From Candidatus Daviesbacteria bacterium (GTDB lineage Bacteria; Patescibacteriota; Microgenomatia; Daviesbacterales; UBA10151), in contig JACPKP010000003.1 in assembly GCA_016186955.1 (NCBI GenBank), positions 66,290-130,289 on the forward strand: a stretch of 64,000 bases of DNA, read 5' to 3'. How positions within the stretch are numbered: position 1 is the first letter of the stretch; each line of letters begins with the position of its first letter. The notes below the pieces were generated by a model. The model saw only the letters and a program-made list of their open reading frames with translations. It did not search any database and was not told where the DNA came from. Both the position numbers and the translations under genes were made by a program. Below, piece after piece: positions 55,253 to 64,000 of the stretch.

Positions 55253-57546
55253 GGGGTTGGTGAAGGAGAGGGAGTATTTTTAGGTGATGGTTTAGGGCTA
55301 ACTTTGACAGCTTCAGGTGTAGCGATATTTTCCGGTTGTGGCAGGTTCAGAACTTTTGGCAGCTGTTTTTTTTGGAGGGCGCCTTTTTCTTCCTGGGGGA
55401 TATTCTGCTTAGCGCTGCCGGTTGCAGTTTTATTGCCCTCAGATTTAATATCAGATAGCAGTTTGCTGGCTGTATCATAGTCTTTATCTTTGGGGTTTAA
55501 TAAAGATATTAATGCTTTCACGGTAAGCTCGGCGCCTGCAAAATCCCCCTTATCTTTCTGGGTTGCTGCAAGGCGGTAATAAGCAATGGTAAGATCCGGT
55601 TTTAAATTGATAGCATCAGTGAAAAACCTGATAGCCAGGTCATAATTTTTGATAGAACGGTGGATTTCCCCAACGCTAAACCTTAGCAGCGGGTTTAACG
55701 GGTCTCTTAATATTGCTTGCCCGTATGAATCCAGCGCAAAACTGAGGGCGTTTTGCGCCACACCGGTGATTTGCCGGTATATTGAACCCAATATTTCATA
55801 ATTGGTGCTGTTTCTCGGGCTTAAAAATATGGCATTTCTCGCCTCACTGATTGATTGTGATAAAAGCTGGCTGATGTCCTGTTTATCCTGGTCTGTCAGG
55901 GAGCCGGTGGGGGAGGCCTCGCTCGGGCCTTTGGCGGCTGCAATCCCGTTAGCCAAGGCAAAATCAACCTGGGCGAGGTTAATCCTGTACAGGTCAATTT
56001 GGGAGTTTAATTGTTTGGCTTGTTGCAGCCGGTAGTAGGTGTCAGGGCCTTTTTTATAAATTGAATCCAGCGCCAGCCGGTGCTGGTAGTCGGCAAGCGC
56101 CACCCGGTATATATTACTGGCGGCTGCTGCCACAAAAATAAATACTACTATTAGCAGGGTAATTGGCAAAACATCACCGGCTATCAGGTTTTGCATTGCC
56201 TGGGGATCCAGCCTGGATGCCTTGATACCCAAATGCCATTCTTCCGCCTTGCCGGCCATTTTATGCATTGCCACCAGCATCGCCCATATAGTAAGTGTTA
56301 CCACCATAGTTGTTGGAGTAGAAACATGCATGGCAAGCAGTATCAGGGCAGCAATAGCGCTAATGGAAAGGGACGCCGCAGCCAGGTTATTCTCAGGCTG
56401 CATCAGCCCCCTGGCCCCTAGCTTAAATACTGTAAATGACAGGTATAAAAAGGCCAGAAAACCTGTGATTCCTAGTGTCCCTAAAATCTGTAGGTATTCA
56501 TTAAAAGCGCTGTCAAAGCGTAAATTCCAGAATTTGGTCATGTTAAATTCAATTGGTTTATTTTTGGTGAAGTTAAACAGGTAAGTACCAGGGCCTGTGC
56601 CTAAAAATGGGGCATCACGGAAAGCGGAAGCGGATATCTGCCAGGAGATAGCCAGCGGCAGTTGGATCTCCTTTGGAAAATCCAGCCGTTTTTGGAAAAA
56701 GGGGTTAGCGGGTTGGCCTGTTTTGATAAAACCCAAAATTAAAATCAGCGCTGCAATACAAAATGGGATGGCGGCATAGATAACACTACGTTTAATACGT
56801 TCCAGTTTAGCTGTAAAAAATGTCAACCCTAAAACTGCCAAAGCAGCCGTACCTGTTGCCATGTCTCCAATCAAAGCTATGGCGGCTGCAAACAAACCGG
56901 ATAATATAATAGCTAAATACAGCGGTATAAAATTATTCGGGTTGGCTATTGAAAGCAATGTTACCGGCAGCATCAACACCAGCAGTGTTGATGCGGAAAA
57001 AGAGGATCCTGTAGGGGTAAAATTGACAGTTTGCGCAAAGGGAAGGGGAATATACCAGTTGAAATAAGATACAATACTAACAGCGGCTACCAATACTGCA
57101 GAAGAGAGTAGACTATAGTATAAAGCTTTAACCTGGGTTCTGGATTTGATATTGGATACAAGGATAAAATAGAACAGTATGTAAGTGATAAAGCTGACTA
57201 TTGAACCATGGACCCTGGGTAAATTGCCAAAGATTGCCACTGGCTTTGAATCTGTAAAAACAGTGGACAACACCAACACTGCAAGCAGTAACACAAGGGG
57301 TAGGTCAAGAGGGGTTTTGGTCACTACCACCTTGCCCTCTAAAACCCACTTCAGCGACCACAGCAAAAGTAAAAGCAGGACAGTTACTGATAAAAAAATA
57401 AGTTTGGGGATGTCAAAAAATTCTGTCGTAAGGGGGACAAAAATAAGCGGGGTGATAAAAATTACCAACACCATCAAAACTGTCATCAATTTACTTACCC
57501 ATGTTAATAAAGCTTGTTTCATAATCTTAAAATTTGATCTTTCCAA
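55249..57546 (-). CDS. O-antigen ligase (Wzy_C/PglL-like) membrane protein + TPRs
   Basis: FDIPK, PFLGTGPGTY, SAFNEYLQILGTLGITG; C-terminal TPRs and Pro/Ser/Thr tail. Confidence 0.8.
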   Translation of the reverse strand: MERSNFKIMKQALLTWVSKLMTVLMVLVIFITPLIFVPLTTEFFDIPKLIFLSVTVLLLLLLWSLKWVLEGKVVVTKTPLDLPLVLLLAVLVLSTVFTDSKPVAIFGNLPRVHGSIVSFITYILFYFILVSNIKSRTQVKALYYSLLSSAVLVAAVSIVSYFNWYIPLPFAQTVNFTPTGSSFSASTLLVLMLPVTLLSIANPNNFIPLYLAIILSGLFAAAIALIGDMATGTAALAVLGLTFFTAKLERIKRSVIYAAIPFCIAALILILGFIKTGQPANPFFQKRLDFPKEIQLPLAISWQISASAFRDAPFLGTGPGTYLFNFTKNKPIEFNMTKFWNLRFDSAFNEYLQILGTLGITGFLAFLYLSFTVFKLGARGLMQPENNLAAASLSISAIAALILLAMHVSTPTTMVVTLTIWAMLVAMHKMAGKAEEWHLGIKASRLDPQAMQNLIAGDVLPITLLIVVFIFVAAAASNIYRVALADYQHRLALDSIYKKGPDTYYRLQQAKQLNSQIDLYRINLAQVDFALANGIAAAKGPSEASPTGSLTDQDKQDISQLLSQSISEARNAIFLSPRNSTNYEILGSIYRQITGVAQNALSFALDSYGQAILRDPLNPLLRFSVGEIHRSIKNYDLAIRFFTDAINLKPDLTIAYYRLAATQKDKGDFAGAELTVKALISLLNPKDKDYDTASKLLSDIKSEGNKTATGSAKQNIPQEEKGALQKKQLPKVLNLPQPENIATPEAVKVSPKPSPKNTPSPSPTP

Positions 57547-57591
57547 TCATCGGATAAAAGCAGTAAATTGTCAACCCTTTTACCCAAGATT

Positions 57592-60500
57592 TTATGGCGC
57601 TCCTGTTACCGGGCCATATCTAGCTGCGCCACCATCATTATATAAAGCCTTAATTTGGGTGGCAGTTAGGGCATAGTTATAGATCCTGGCATCATCAATC
57701 TGGCCGTTTAAAGGTTGTTGGTTGGATTGAGAGTTGCCTAACTTGGCATTCACATTAGGACTAGTATTGGCAACAGCAGACTCTGCTTGGCTTAAAGAAC
57801 CTTCCTGGACACCATTAACATATATATAATGAACATCAGCATCACTATCAAATACCGCTGCCATATGATACCAGGTTCCCGTAGCGGCAGTTGTACTGGT
57901 GGCGCAAACATTTCTTCTGGAGGAACCAGAAGTGCCTGTCCTGAAGCTAAAGGCGAAATGGTTTGCTGTACAAACAGTACCAAGGTTATCCATCCAGACC
58001 TGAGCTCTGATGAAGCTTGCAACATCTGCCACTGGTTCATAGTAAAGTGAAGAATTCCCTAAAGCGGTAATATTCATCCAGCCGCTGATAGTATATTGGC
58101 TCAAACCTTTAACACTAAAAGAGCCCAAATCCACATAATCATCATTTCCATCAAAGTTAAGGGAATAATTCCTCTTACCTGAATTACTGCCTGATGCACC
58201 ACCCCAGGCAGATGTTGATGTTGAACATGTGCCAACTGTAGTTGTTCCACCAGAACCGAGGGTGATTGTACCTGGATAGCTGTTACCTGAGGAATCATTA
58301 ATAGTTGTCCCCTGGCACTCATCCATCTTCCAGTGGGCAACAGGAGCCCCCCTGTTATAATCCCAGGCAATTTGGGCCGGAGTCCTGGCATAAGTAAATT
58401 CTTTTAACCCATCAATAGTCCCATCAAAAGTACTACCACTAGTAATATCATAAGTTGCCACAGCTATAAAAGCCGGATTAGTATTGGCAATTGTGCCTAC
58501 AGCTGTAGTGTCTGTATCTTCCAGCTTGCCATTAACGTATAGTTTGTGCGAGTCATTCACACTATCATAAACACCAACGATATGATACCAACTGTCTCCA
58601 GCAGCTACAGTTGTAGAACAAAGGGTAGCATCAACCCCGTTATTAGCAGTATCAAAAACAAAGGAAAAATTCCCGGCACTACACCGCAGTCCACCATCAA
58701 TTTGAAGTCCTATTCTAGGCGCACTTCCCCCTGCATTCTGTTCCTCATAAATTTCTCTATCGCCTGATCCAGGTATAGTGTTGGGTTTTACCCATGCTTC
58801 AATTGTTACAGCGGTCTGGTTTTTTACTGTAGCGGTGGTTGGTACATTTACATACGTTGTATTACCATTAAACTTTAAAGCCCCACCAATTTTACCTACC
58901 ACTACCGTTGGGGTATTAGTTATAGTTCCAGCGTAACCGTTGCCTGAAGTATCGTAAGCACTTCCTGAATTAGCTTTTTCTTCAAAATCATACCTTAAAA
59001 GTGGTTCTGCACAGGAAGTAGAATCCCCAGGCACACAATATTCCTGGTTTGCAGCCTGGACCTGATAAGAAGAATTATCAGACAAAGCCCCTAAAACCTG
59101 GGATGAGCTTCTATTCATGTCCAGTTTTACCTGCTCTGCAGTTAAAGCCTGGTTATAAACTTTAGGCTCATCTATTGTCCCTGCAAATAAATTAGACCCT
59201 GCATTTTCTGCGCCAATATCCAAAATAGTAGTAGGGTTTTGCAGGGTAGTGGGGATAGAAGTGGTGTTACTGGCATCTTGTACTCCATTAATATATAGTT
59301 TGACAGAATTTGCGCTGGAAAATACTCCGGCTACATGATACCAGGTGCTAGCCGAGAGTTTAGTTGTCCCGGTTGTCGTGATAATAGAAGGTCCTGTAGA
59401 ATTCACAACTGACATATTCAAATAGACACCTCCTATGCCGGTATCAATATACAAACAATATGCAGAGGTAGCAGCAGTGCCTGTGTATTTACAGATAATG
59501 TCATGGGTAGAGGAGGTATCAGCTAAATTAACCCAGGCTGATAAAGTCAGATCACCGGTAATTTTTAAAGCAGCCACATCAGATGGCATAGCCACATAAT
59601 CATTTGTCCCATCAAAGATCAATGCTTTACCAAACTTGCCTGAATTAGTCCAGCCAGAGGTGGAAGTAGCAGGCACTGCCATGCCAGACTGAGCTCCATC
59701 TAGAGCAGATCCTTGGGATCCTGAATTACAGGCATCATTTGTCCCTCCAGAGCAGGTATTATCTGCTCCCTGCTCAAACTTCCAATGCCCCAAAGGCGTC
59801 CCCACAGGGGAACCTGGCGCAGGGTGCCCGGCATTCATGTCTTCTATAATTTGAGCAGAAGTCCGGACATAATTATAAATTTTAACTTCATCAATCTTTC
59901 CATTAAAGAAAGAGGAACCAACTAGACTACCTATTCGGAAACTATTCAATACAGTGTTAAAAGCAGTAAAACTTGTATTTTGGCCAACCAACACACCATT
60001 TAAATAAAGTTGAATAGTTGTTGAGCCATTAAAGACTCCTGCCAGATGGTACCAGGTTTTAGTAGAAACCGTATTGGTAACATCAAAGTCATTATTCCAA
60101 CCAAAGTATCTTATTTTTTGGGTCCCGGCATCATTTACCAACTGTAACCCATTAGCACCATTATCTGTTCCTTCTGTACCATAACGAAAAATGGTCGCTT
60201 GAACATTGTTACTTGGTAGAGAGTTAGCATAAAACCAAGCCTCAATTGTTCTTGGTTTAGAACCGCTTGGAAATGTAGAATCTGATCCGGCAATAAATGC
60301 AGAACTCCCGTCAAAACTTCCTGCTTTGCCATATTTACCAATAGTTACAGTTGCCGAAGTGCTTGTTCCGTTTATTCCATTCCCTGATGAATCCTTAACT
60401 TCTCCTGAAGTTCCATTCCAGCTTGGTTCCTCCATCTTCCAATACCCCACTGGCCCTGGAGCAAAGTTATACAGCTGGGAGACTTCAGCAGGAGAGATGG

Positions 60501-62904
60501 CTCGATTATAGACTCTTACTTCATCTACTCTGCCTTGAAAATTAAATCCACCACTGGTCGAGCCAATTCTCAAGGCGTTGGTATCATTAACTACAGAGGT
60601 AGTAGTTGAGGAGGATTCTTCTAATACTCCATTAACAAAAATTCTGACCTCCTTACCATCATATGTCCCAACTACATGGGCCCATGTACTTGTCGAAATT
60701 GCTGTTGTACCAGTGGCGGTTACCCAAGCTGATCCTGTACTGACTTCAAAAATTGGAAAATTATTTGCGCTTCTAAAGCCTAATTCATAACTTGAATTAG
60801 CATTTGTTGAGCCGTCACCTTTATTAATAGCCATTTCAGCTGTTACAGTTCGTCCTCTATAAAGCCAAGCAGCCACGGTTACTCTGGAAGGGGTTAAGCC
60901 ATCATTATCATCAATATTGACATAGTCATTTGTACCATCAAAGTCACCAGCATTGCCAAATTTTCCAGTAAGTGGGTCATTGGCATCTGCATTTGGGCAT
61001 GATTCACCATTATTACTATTTCCTGATGCATCAGTTACTTCCTCTGTTGTACAATCACTAGTCCAGGAACTCTCATCCATCTTCCAATATCCCACCAGCC
61101 CATTAGAGAGATTGCTTCGCGGATCGCTCGCAATGACGGTTGAGGCTCCTTCATTATTCCCCCTGGCGTTAAAATCAGCTAACACCTGTGTAGCCGAGCG
61201 GGCATAAGGGTAAACCTTAACCTCATCTATAAACCCCAGCCATTCATTGGACGTGCCATCCCGGTCTACACCGACATAAAAAATATTGGTATTAGCTAAA
61301 GTTGCAGTTGTTGGGTCTGTTTGGCTGTCTTTTTGAATGCCGTCCACATACACATAAACTTTATCATCGGTATTGCTTCGTACCCCGGAAACAAAATGCC
61401 ACTTGTCATCATCAAAGTTGGCATTGGCAGAGCAGGTAGAGATATCGGGGCCCCAGGATGAATCATCATCGATGCCAAAACACAAATCCCCATCTGCGTC
61501 CATCCATAGTTTATACCCGCCTGTTGTCGTATCGGCTTTACTCATAATGTAATTAATAGCGCTGGAGGCGCCGTTCCTTTTCACCCAGGTAGAAACAGTA
61601 AAGTTGTCGGTTGCAGCAAAATCCAGTTTTGCATCATCTGCTTTTGATACATTCATATTGGCAGTACCGGAAAAGTAATAACATTTTCCGCTAATGCACA
61701 TATCTTCAGTCTGCCAGGTAGGATTGTTGTTTAAAGTTCCATCTAAATTGTTAGTAGTTGAATCCTGGATAACACTACTTATTGCAGGGTCATCAAATTT
61801 CCAGTATAAGGTAGGGGAGGGGGCTTTAGCTTCAGAACCAAGTGAGCCTACTGAATAGTTGGAAGCCTGGGATTGGGAAAAAGCCCCGACATCTTTGGAA
61901 GACACAGCAGGGTTGCCATAATATACATAATAAGTGGATTTTAAATCCGGGAATGAGGTAAGAAGAAAATCAACAGTTGTGTTAGAAAGGTTACAGGCAT
62001 TAGTCCTGCCAATATAGTAAGGTAGGTTCTTTCCTCCCTGGTCAGTAATCCTGATATCCTGGCAGGATGATTGTAATTTCCCTGCAGTAATTAAAGTTGC
62101 AGTATCAAGGCTAAAAGAGATAAAAACATTGGATTGGGCAGAGCCGTTGGTAGAGGTAACAGGCACTTCCTGCCTGTACGCCCAATCATCATTGAACCAG
62201 ACAGCTTGTGTAGATTTAGTCCAAGGACCAAACAGATACAACAGCCCTGATCCTGACAGGGCAAAGAATATAATAAGGTAGGTAGTTAGGGTTTTTTTGG
62301 TAAGTTTAATAAAGCCTTTTTGCCAAGCTTTTCCTCTTTGCTCAAGGCGTTTTTTAAGTAAATTTTCATTAAATCCACCCTCTTTGGTGTGTTTTTCTTT
62401 TAAAGATTGAATTAATTTATCTATTAAAAAATTGGCTTGCTGGATTAAGGTAATTAGTAAATTAACAGCCCGGGTGGAATCTGAGGGAAGAGAGGGGAAA
62501 TTAGGTTGAGAAGGGAGATAGGGATTATTTTTAATTATCTCCCAAATTACCCCTATTTCCCTTATCTCCCTTTTCGCCCTTTCTTTATCCCAAATTTCTA
62601 TTTTATTTTGCCTGGCATAAGATAAGTAGTCATTTAGAAGCTCCTCTAAGGAGCCTCTGGAAACTCCTGAAAGCTTAATATAACCTGCTAAGCTTTGCTG
62701 TTTGTAGCCCTCCGGAATATTTTGCATACCACTCCTTGCTGCTTGCTCCATCTGATCAACTGTTCTTGACTTATAAGGGATGTATTTTTTAACAAATTCC
62801 ATTGTAAGGTCATAAATAGGTACAGTTAGCTTATATGCTAAGAGATATTCATAGCCTGCTTTTTTCTTTTGATTCTGCTTTTGGTTTATTTCCATATCTT
62901 CCAT
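57592..62904 (-). CDS. Fusion: four-helix-bundle (IVS/Avd-like) domain + TM + DUF2341 + six LamG-like domains
   Basis: RTVDQMEQAARSGMQNIPEG...RGSLEELLNDY; TM LIIFFALSGSGLLYLF; CQDIRITD..YYVYYGN; six (G)xWKxDE...WYHV...G.IDE repeats. Confidence 0.85.
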   Translation of the reverse strand: MEDMEINQKQNQKKKAGYEYLLAYKLTVPIYDLTMEFVKKYIPYKSRTVDQMEQAARSGMQNIPEGYKQQSLAGYIKLSGVSRGSLEELLNDYLSYARQNKIEIWDKERAKREIREIGVIWEIIKNNPYLPSQPNFPSLPSDSTRAVNLLITLIQQANFLIDKLIQSLKEKHTKEGGFNENLLKKRLEQRGKAWQKGFIKLTKKTLTTYLIIFFALSGSGLLYLFGPWTKSTQAVWFNDDWAYRQEVPVTSTNGSAQSNVFISFSLDTATLITAGKLQSSCQDIRITDQGGKNLPYYIGRTNACNLSNTTVDFLLTSFPDLKSTYYVYYGNPAVSSKDVGAFSQSQASNYSVGSLGSEAKAPSPTLYWKFDDPAISSVIQDSTTNNLDGTLNNNPTWQTEDMCISGKCYYFSGTANMNVSKADDAKLDFAATDNFTVSTWVKRNGASSAINYIMSKADTTTGGYKLWMDADGDLCFGIDDDSSWGPDISTCSANANFDDDKWHFVSGVRSNTDDKVYVYVDGIQKDSQTDPTTATLANTNIFYVGVDRDGTSNEWLGFIDEVKVYPYARSATQVLADFNARGNNEGASTVIASDPRSNLSNGLVGYWKMDESSWTSDCTTEEVTDASGNSNNGESCPNADANDPLTGKFGNAGDFDGTNDYVNIDDNDGLTPSRVTVAAWLYRGRTVTAEMAINKGDGSTNANSSYELGFRSANNFPIFEVSTGSAWVTATGTTAISTSTWAHVVGTYDGKEVRIFVNGVLEESSSTTTSVVNDTNALRIGSTSGGFNFQGRVDEVRVYNRAISPAEVSQLYNFAPGPVGYWKMEEPSWNGTSGEVKDSSGNGINGTSTSATVTIGKYGKAGSFDGSSAFIAGSDSTFPSGSKPRTIEAWFYANSLPSNNVQATIFRYGTEGTDNGANGLQLVNDAGTQKIRYFGWNNDFDVTNTVSTKTWYHLAGVFNGSTTIQLYLNGVLVGQNTSFTAFNTVLNSFRIGSLVGSSFFNGKIDEVKIYNYVRTSAQIIEDMNAGHPAPGSPVGTPLGHWKFEQGADNTCSGGTNDACNSGSQGSALDGAQSGMAVPATSTSGWTNSGKFGKALIFDGTNDYVAMPSDVAALKITGDLTLSAWVNLADTSSTHDIICKYTGTAATSAYCLYIDTGIGGVYLNMSVVNSTGPSIITTTGTTKLSASTWYHVAGVFSSANSVKLYINGVQDASNTTSIPTTLQNPTTILDIGAENAGSNLFAGTIDEPKVYNQALTAEQVKLDMNRSSSQVLGALSDNSSYQVQAANQEYCVPGDSTSCAEPLLRYDFEEKANSGSAYDTSGNGYAGTITNTPTVVVGKIGGALKFNGNTTYVNVPTTATVKNQTAVTIEAWVKPNTIPGSGDREIYEEQNAGGSAPRIGLQIDGGLRCSAGNFSFVFDTANNGVDATLCSTTVAAGDSWYHIVGVYDSVNDSHKLYVNGKLEDTDTTAVGTIANTNPAFIAVATYDITSGSTFDGTIDGLKEFTYARTPAQIAWDYNRGAPVAHWKMDECQGTTINDSSGNSYPGTITLGSGGTTTVGTCSTSTSAWGGASGSNSGKRNYSLNFDGNDDYVDLGSFSVKGLSQYTISGWMNITALGNSSLYYEPVADVASFIRAQVWMDNLGTVCTANHFAFSFRTGTSGSSRRNVCATSTTAATGTWYHMAAVFDSDADVHYIYVNGVQEGSLSQAESAVANTSPNVNAKLGNSQSNQQPLNGQIDDARIYNYALTATQIKALYNDGGAARYGPVTGAP
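61108..61137. repeat. 30-bp GATTGC...CTCGCAATGAC element, in frame (VIASDPRSNL)
   Basis: GAGATTGCTTCGCGGATCGCTCGCAATGAC in the LamG1-LamG2 linker. Confidence 0.75.
62483..62592. repeat. Inverted nonamer arrays inside the four-helix-bundle coding region
   Basis: Minus strand GGGAGATAA/GGGAAATAG/GGGTAATTT/GGGAGATAA, then TAATCCCTA/TCTCCCTTC/TCAACCTAA/TTTCCCCTC. Confidence 0.75.
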
Positions 62905-62924
62905 ATTTCCCTTATCTCCCTTAT
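62891..62924. repeat. Nonamer tract spanning the gene junction and start codon
   Basis: tccatatct tccatattt cccttatct cccttat. Confidence 0.75.
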
Positions 62925-64000
62925 GGTGCTCCAGTGCTTGGTCCATAGTTTATTGCCCCATTACTATAAAGTGTTTTTACCTGGGTAGAACTTAAAGCAT
63001 AATTAAATAATTTTATCTCATCCATTTGCCCCAGATACCTGCCAGCTCCGCCTGAGGTTTCCCCCATATAAAGAATGGAGGAGGCAGCAGTTACATTATT
63101 AGTTTCAGAGCTCTGTTTAATTAACTGCCCATTTAAATAGGTATTAATATTTGTCCCGTCATATGTACACAAAACATGATTCCACGAACTGAGCGTTAAA
63201 GTCGAAGTTGGTGCAGAGGAGTTGTGGAAGGCTGCGGAGTAATAGACCCCGCAAATTGGCATGGAACTGCTATCTGTAGTCAGCTGAAACTCACTGGATT
63301 TCTCAAGTAATGTTTTAGATGCAACTGAAGTTGTAGGATAAAACCAGCCTCCCCAGGAAAATTTAGTGGTAGTGGCAGCTGCAGCAGCCAGAGGTGAGAA
63401 AGCGCTAGTTGTCACAAAATCATCAGTGCCATCAAAATTTAGGGAGTAATTTATCTTGCCAGTCCTGCCATTATACCAGGCAGTGGCAGTATCCACCACC
63501 GCGCAGGCTCCAGCACTAGTTTGGGTTCCAGAGGCTCCAATAGTAATAGTCCCTGTATTGGAATTTCCTGATAAATCATTAACACTTGCTCCATTACACT
63601 CATCCATATCCCAGTAAGCCATAGGAGCCCCCCTGTCCATATCCCACTTGATCTGGGCAGGGGTTCTGGCGTAGCTGTAAATCCTAAAATCGTCATATGT
63701 CCCCTTAAATTCTGTGGTGGCATTGGCCCAGGCGCCTATTGAAATACCGTTTGGTGCGGTATCCTCAACAGCAGATACTGATTGGGACAAAGAAGCATCT
63801 AGTGTGCCATTTAAATATATCTTATGGATATCAGATACACTGTCAAAAACCGCAGCCACATGATACCACCTGTTAGTTGATAAAGCAGTTTGACTGCACA
63901 CATCATACCTGGTTGAAGTACTATCTCCTGTCCTGAAATGAAAACTGAATGCGGCAGAGCCGGCATTGCAATTACTAAAATTATATCCAGTTGTTAAAAA
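62921..64000 (-). CDS. Multi-LamG surface protein, 5' end outside window
   Basis: WYHVAAVFD, MAYWDMDEC, GQMDEIKLFNYAL; C-terminus paralogous to 57592 gene. Confidence 0.85.
   Translation of the reverse strand, partial: FLTTGYNFSNCNAGSAAFSFHFRTGDSTSTRYDVCSQTALSTNRWYHVAAVFDSVSDIHKIYLNGTLDASLSQSVSAVEDTAPNGISIGAWANATTEFKGTYDDFRIYSYARTPAQIKWDMDRGAPMAYWDMDECNGASVNDLSGNSNTGTITIGASGTQTSAGACAVVDTATAWYNGRTGKINYSLNFDGTDDFVTTSAFSPLAAAAATTTKFSWGGWFYPTTSVASKTLLEKSSEFQLTTDSSSMPICGVYYSAAFHNSSAPTSTLTLSSWNHVLCTYDGTNINTYLNGQLIKQSSETNNVTAASSILYMGETSGGAGRYLGQMDEIKLFNYALSSTQVKTLYSNGAINYGPSTGAP

Noticed and set aside
62905-62946. ORF-track start MDQALEHH for the 1784-aa protein
   Set aside because: It overlaps the upstream LamG C-terminus and runs through the nonamer tract; MEDME at 62904 is more plausible.
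57592-64000. Diversity-generating retroelement, suggested by the Avd-like domain and similar segments at ~58318-58390 and ~63597-63675
   Set aside because: No reverse transcriptase in the window; the mismatches are not confined to adenines and both segments are coding paralogs, not a TR/VR pair.

Overview
AT-rich, genetic-code-11 bacterial DNA whose gene content suggests a Patescibacteria/CPR (Microgenomates-like) genome; this taxonomy is an inference. Bases 1-50.6 kb are a cell-surface glycosylation supercluster: about 14 multi-pass GT-C-fold proteins (TMTC-like, TMEM260/DUF2723-like, PMT/ArnT-like, PTPS-related/YfhO-like), GT2 and GT4 enzymes, a Wzx flippase, two NDP-sugar epimerases, six SAM methyltransferases and a VapBC module. 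Next come an 830-bp signal-rich intergenic region (tandem DnaA boxes, a 48-aa ORF, candidate sRNAs), rho, a LysM-M23 peptidase, two tRNA-Ala genes, a YefM/RelE-type TA pair, an O-antigen-ligase/TPR protein and two tandem giant LamG proteins. One LamG protein is fused in frame to an Avd/IVS-like four-helix-bundle domain. The most striking unannotated signal is a set of miniature palindromic elements and 7-/9-nt periodic tracts sitting in frame inside genes and concentrated in a few of them: five in one TMTC-like gene, three in one methyltransferase, and a 105-bp IS200/IS605-type MITE in a GT-C gene. Two related elements lie at stop codons. All family calls come from motif recognition by eye; no searches were run.
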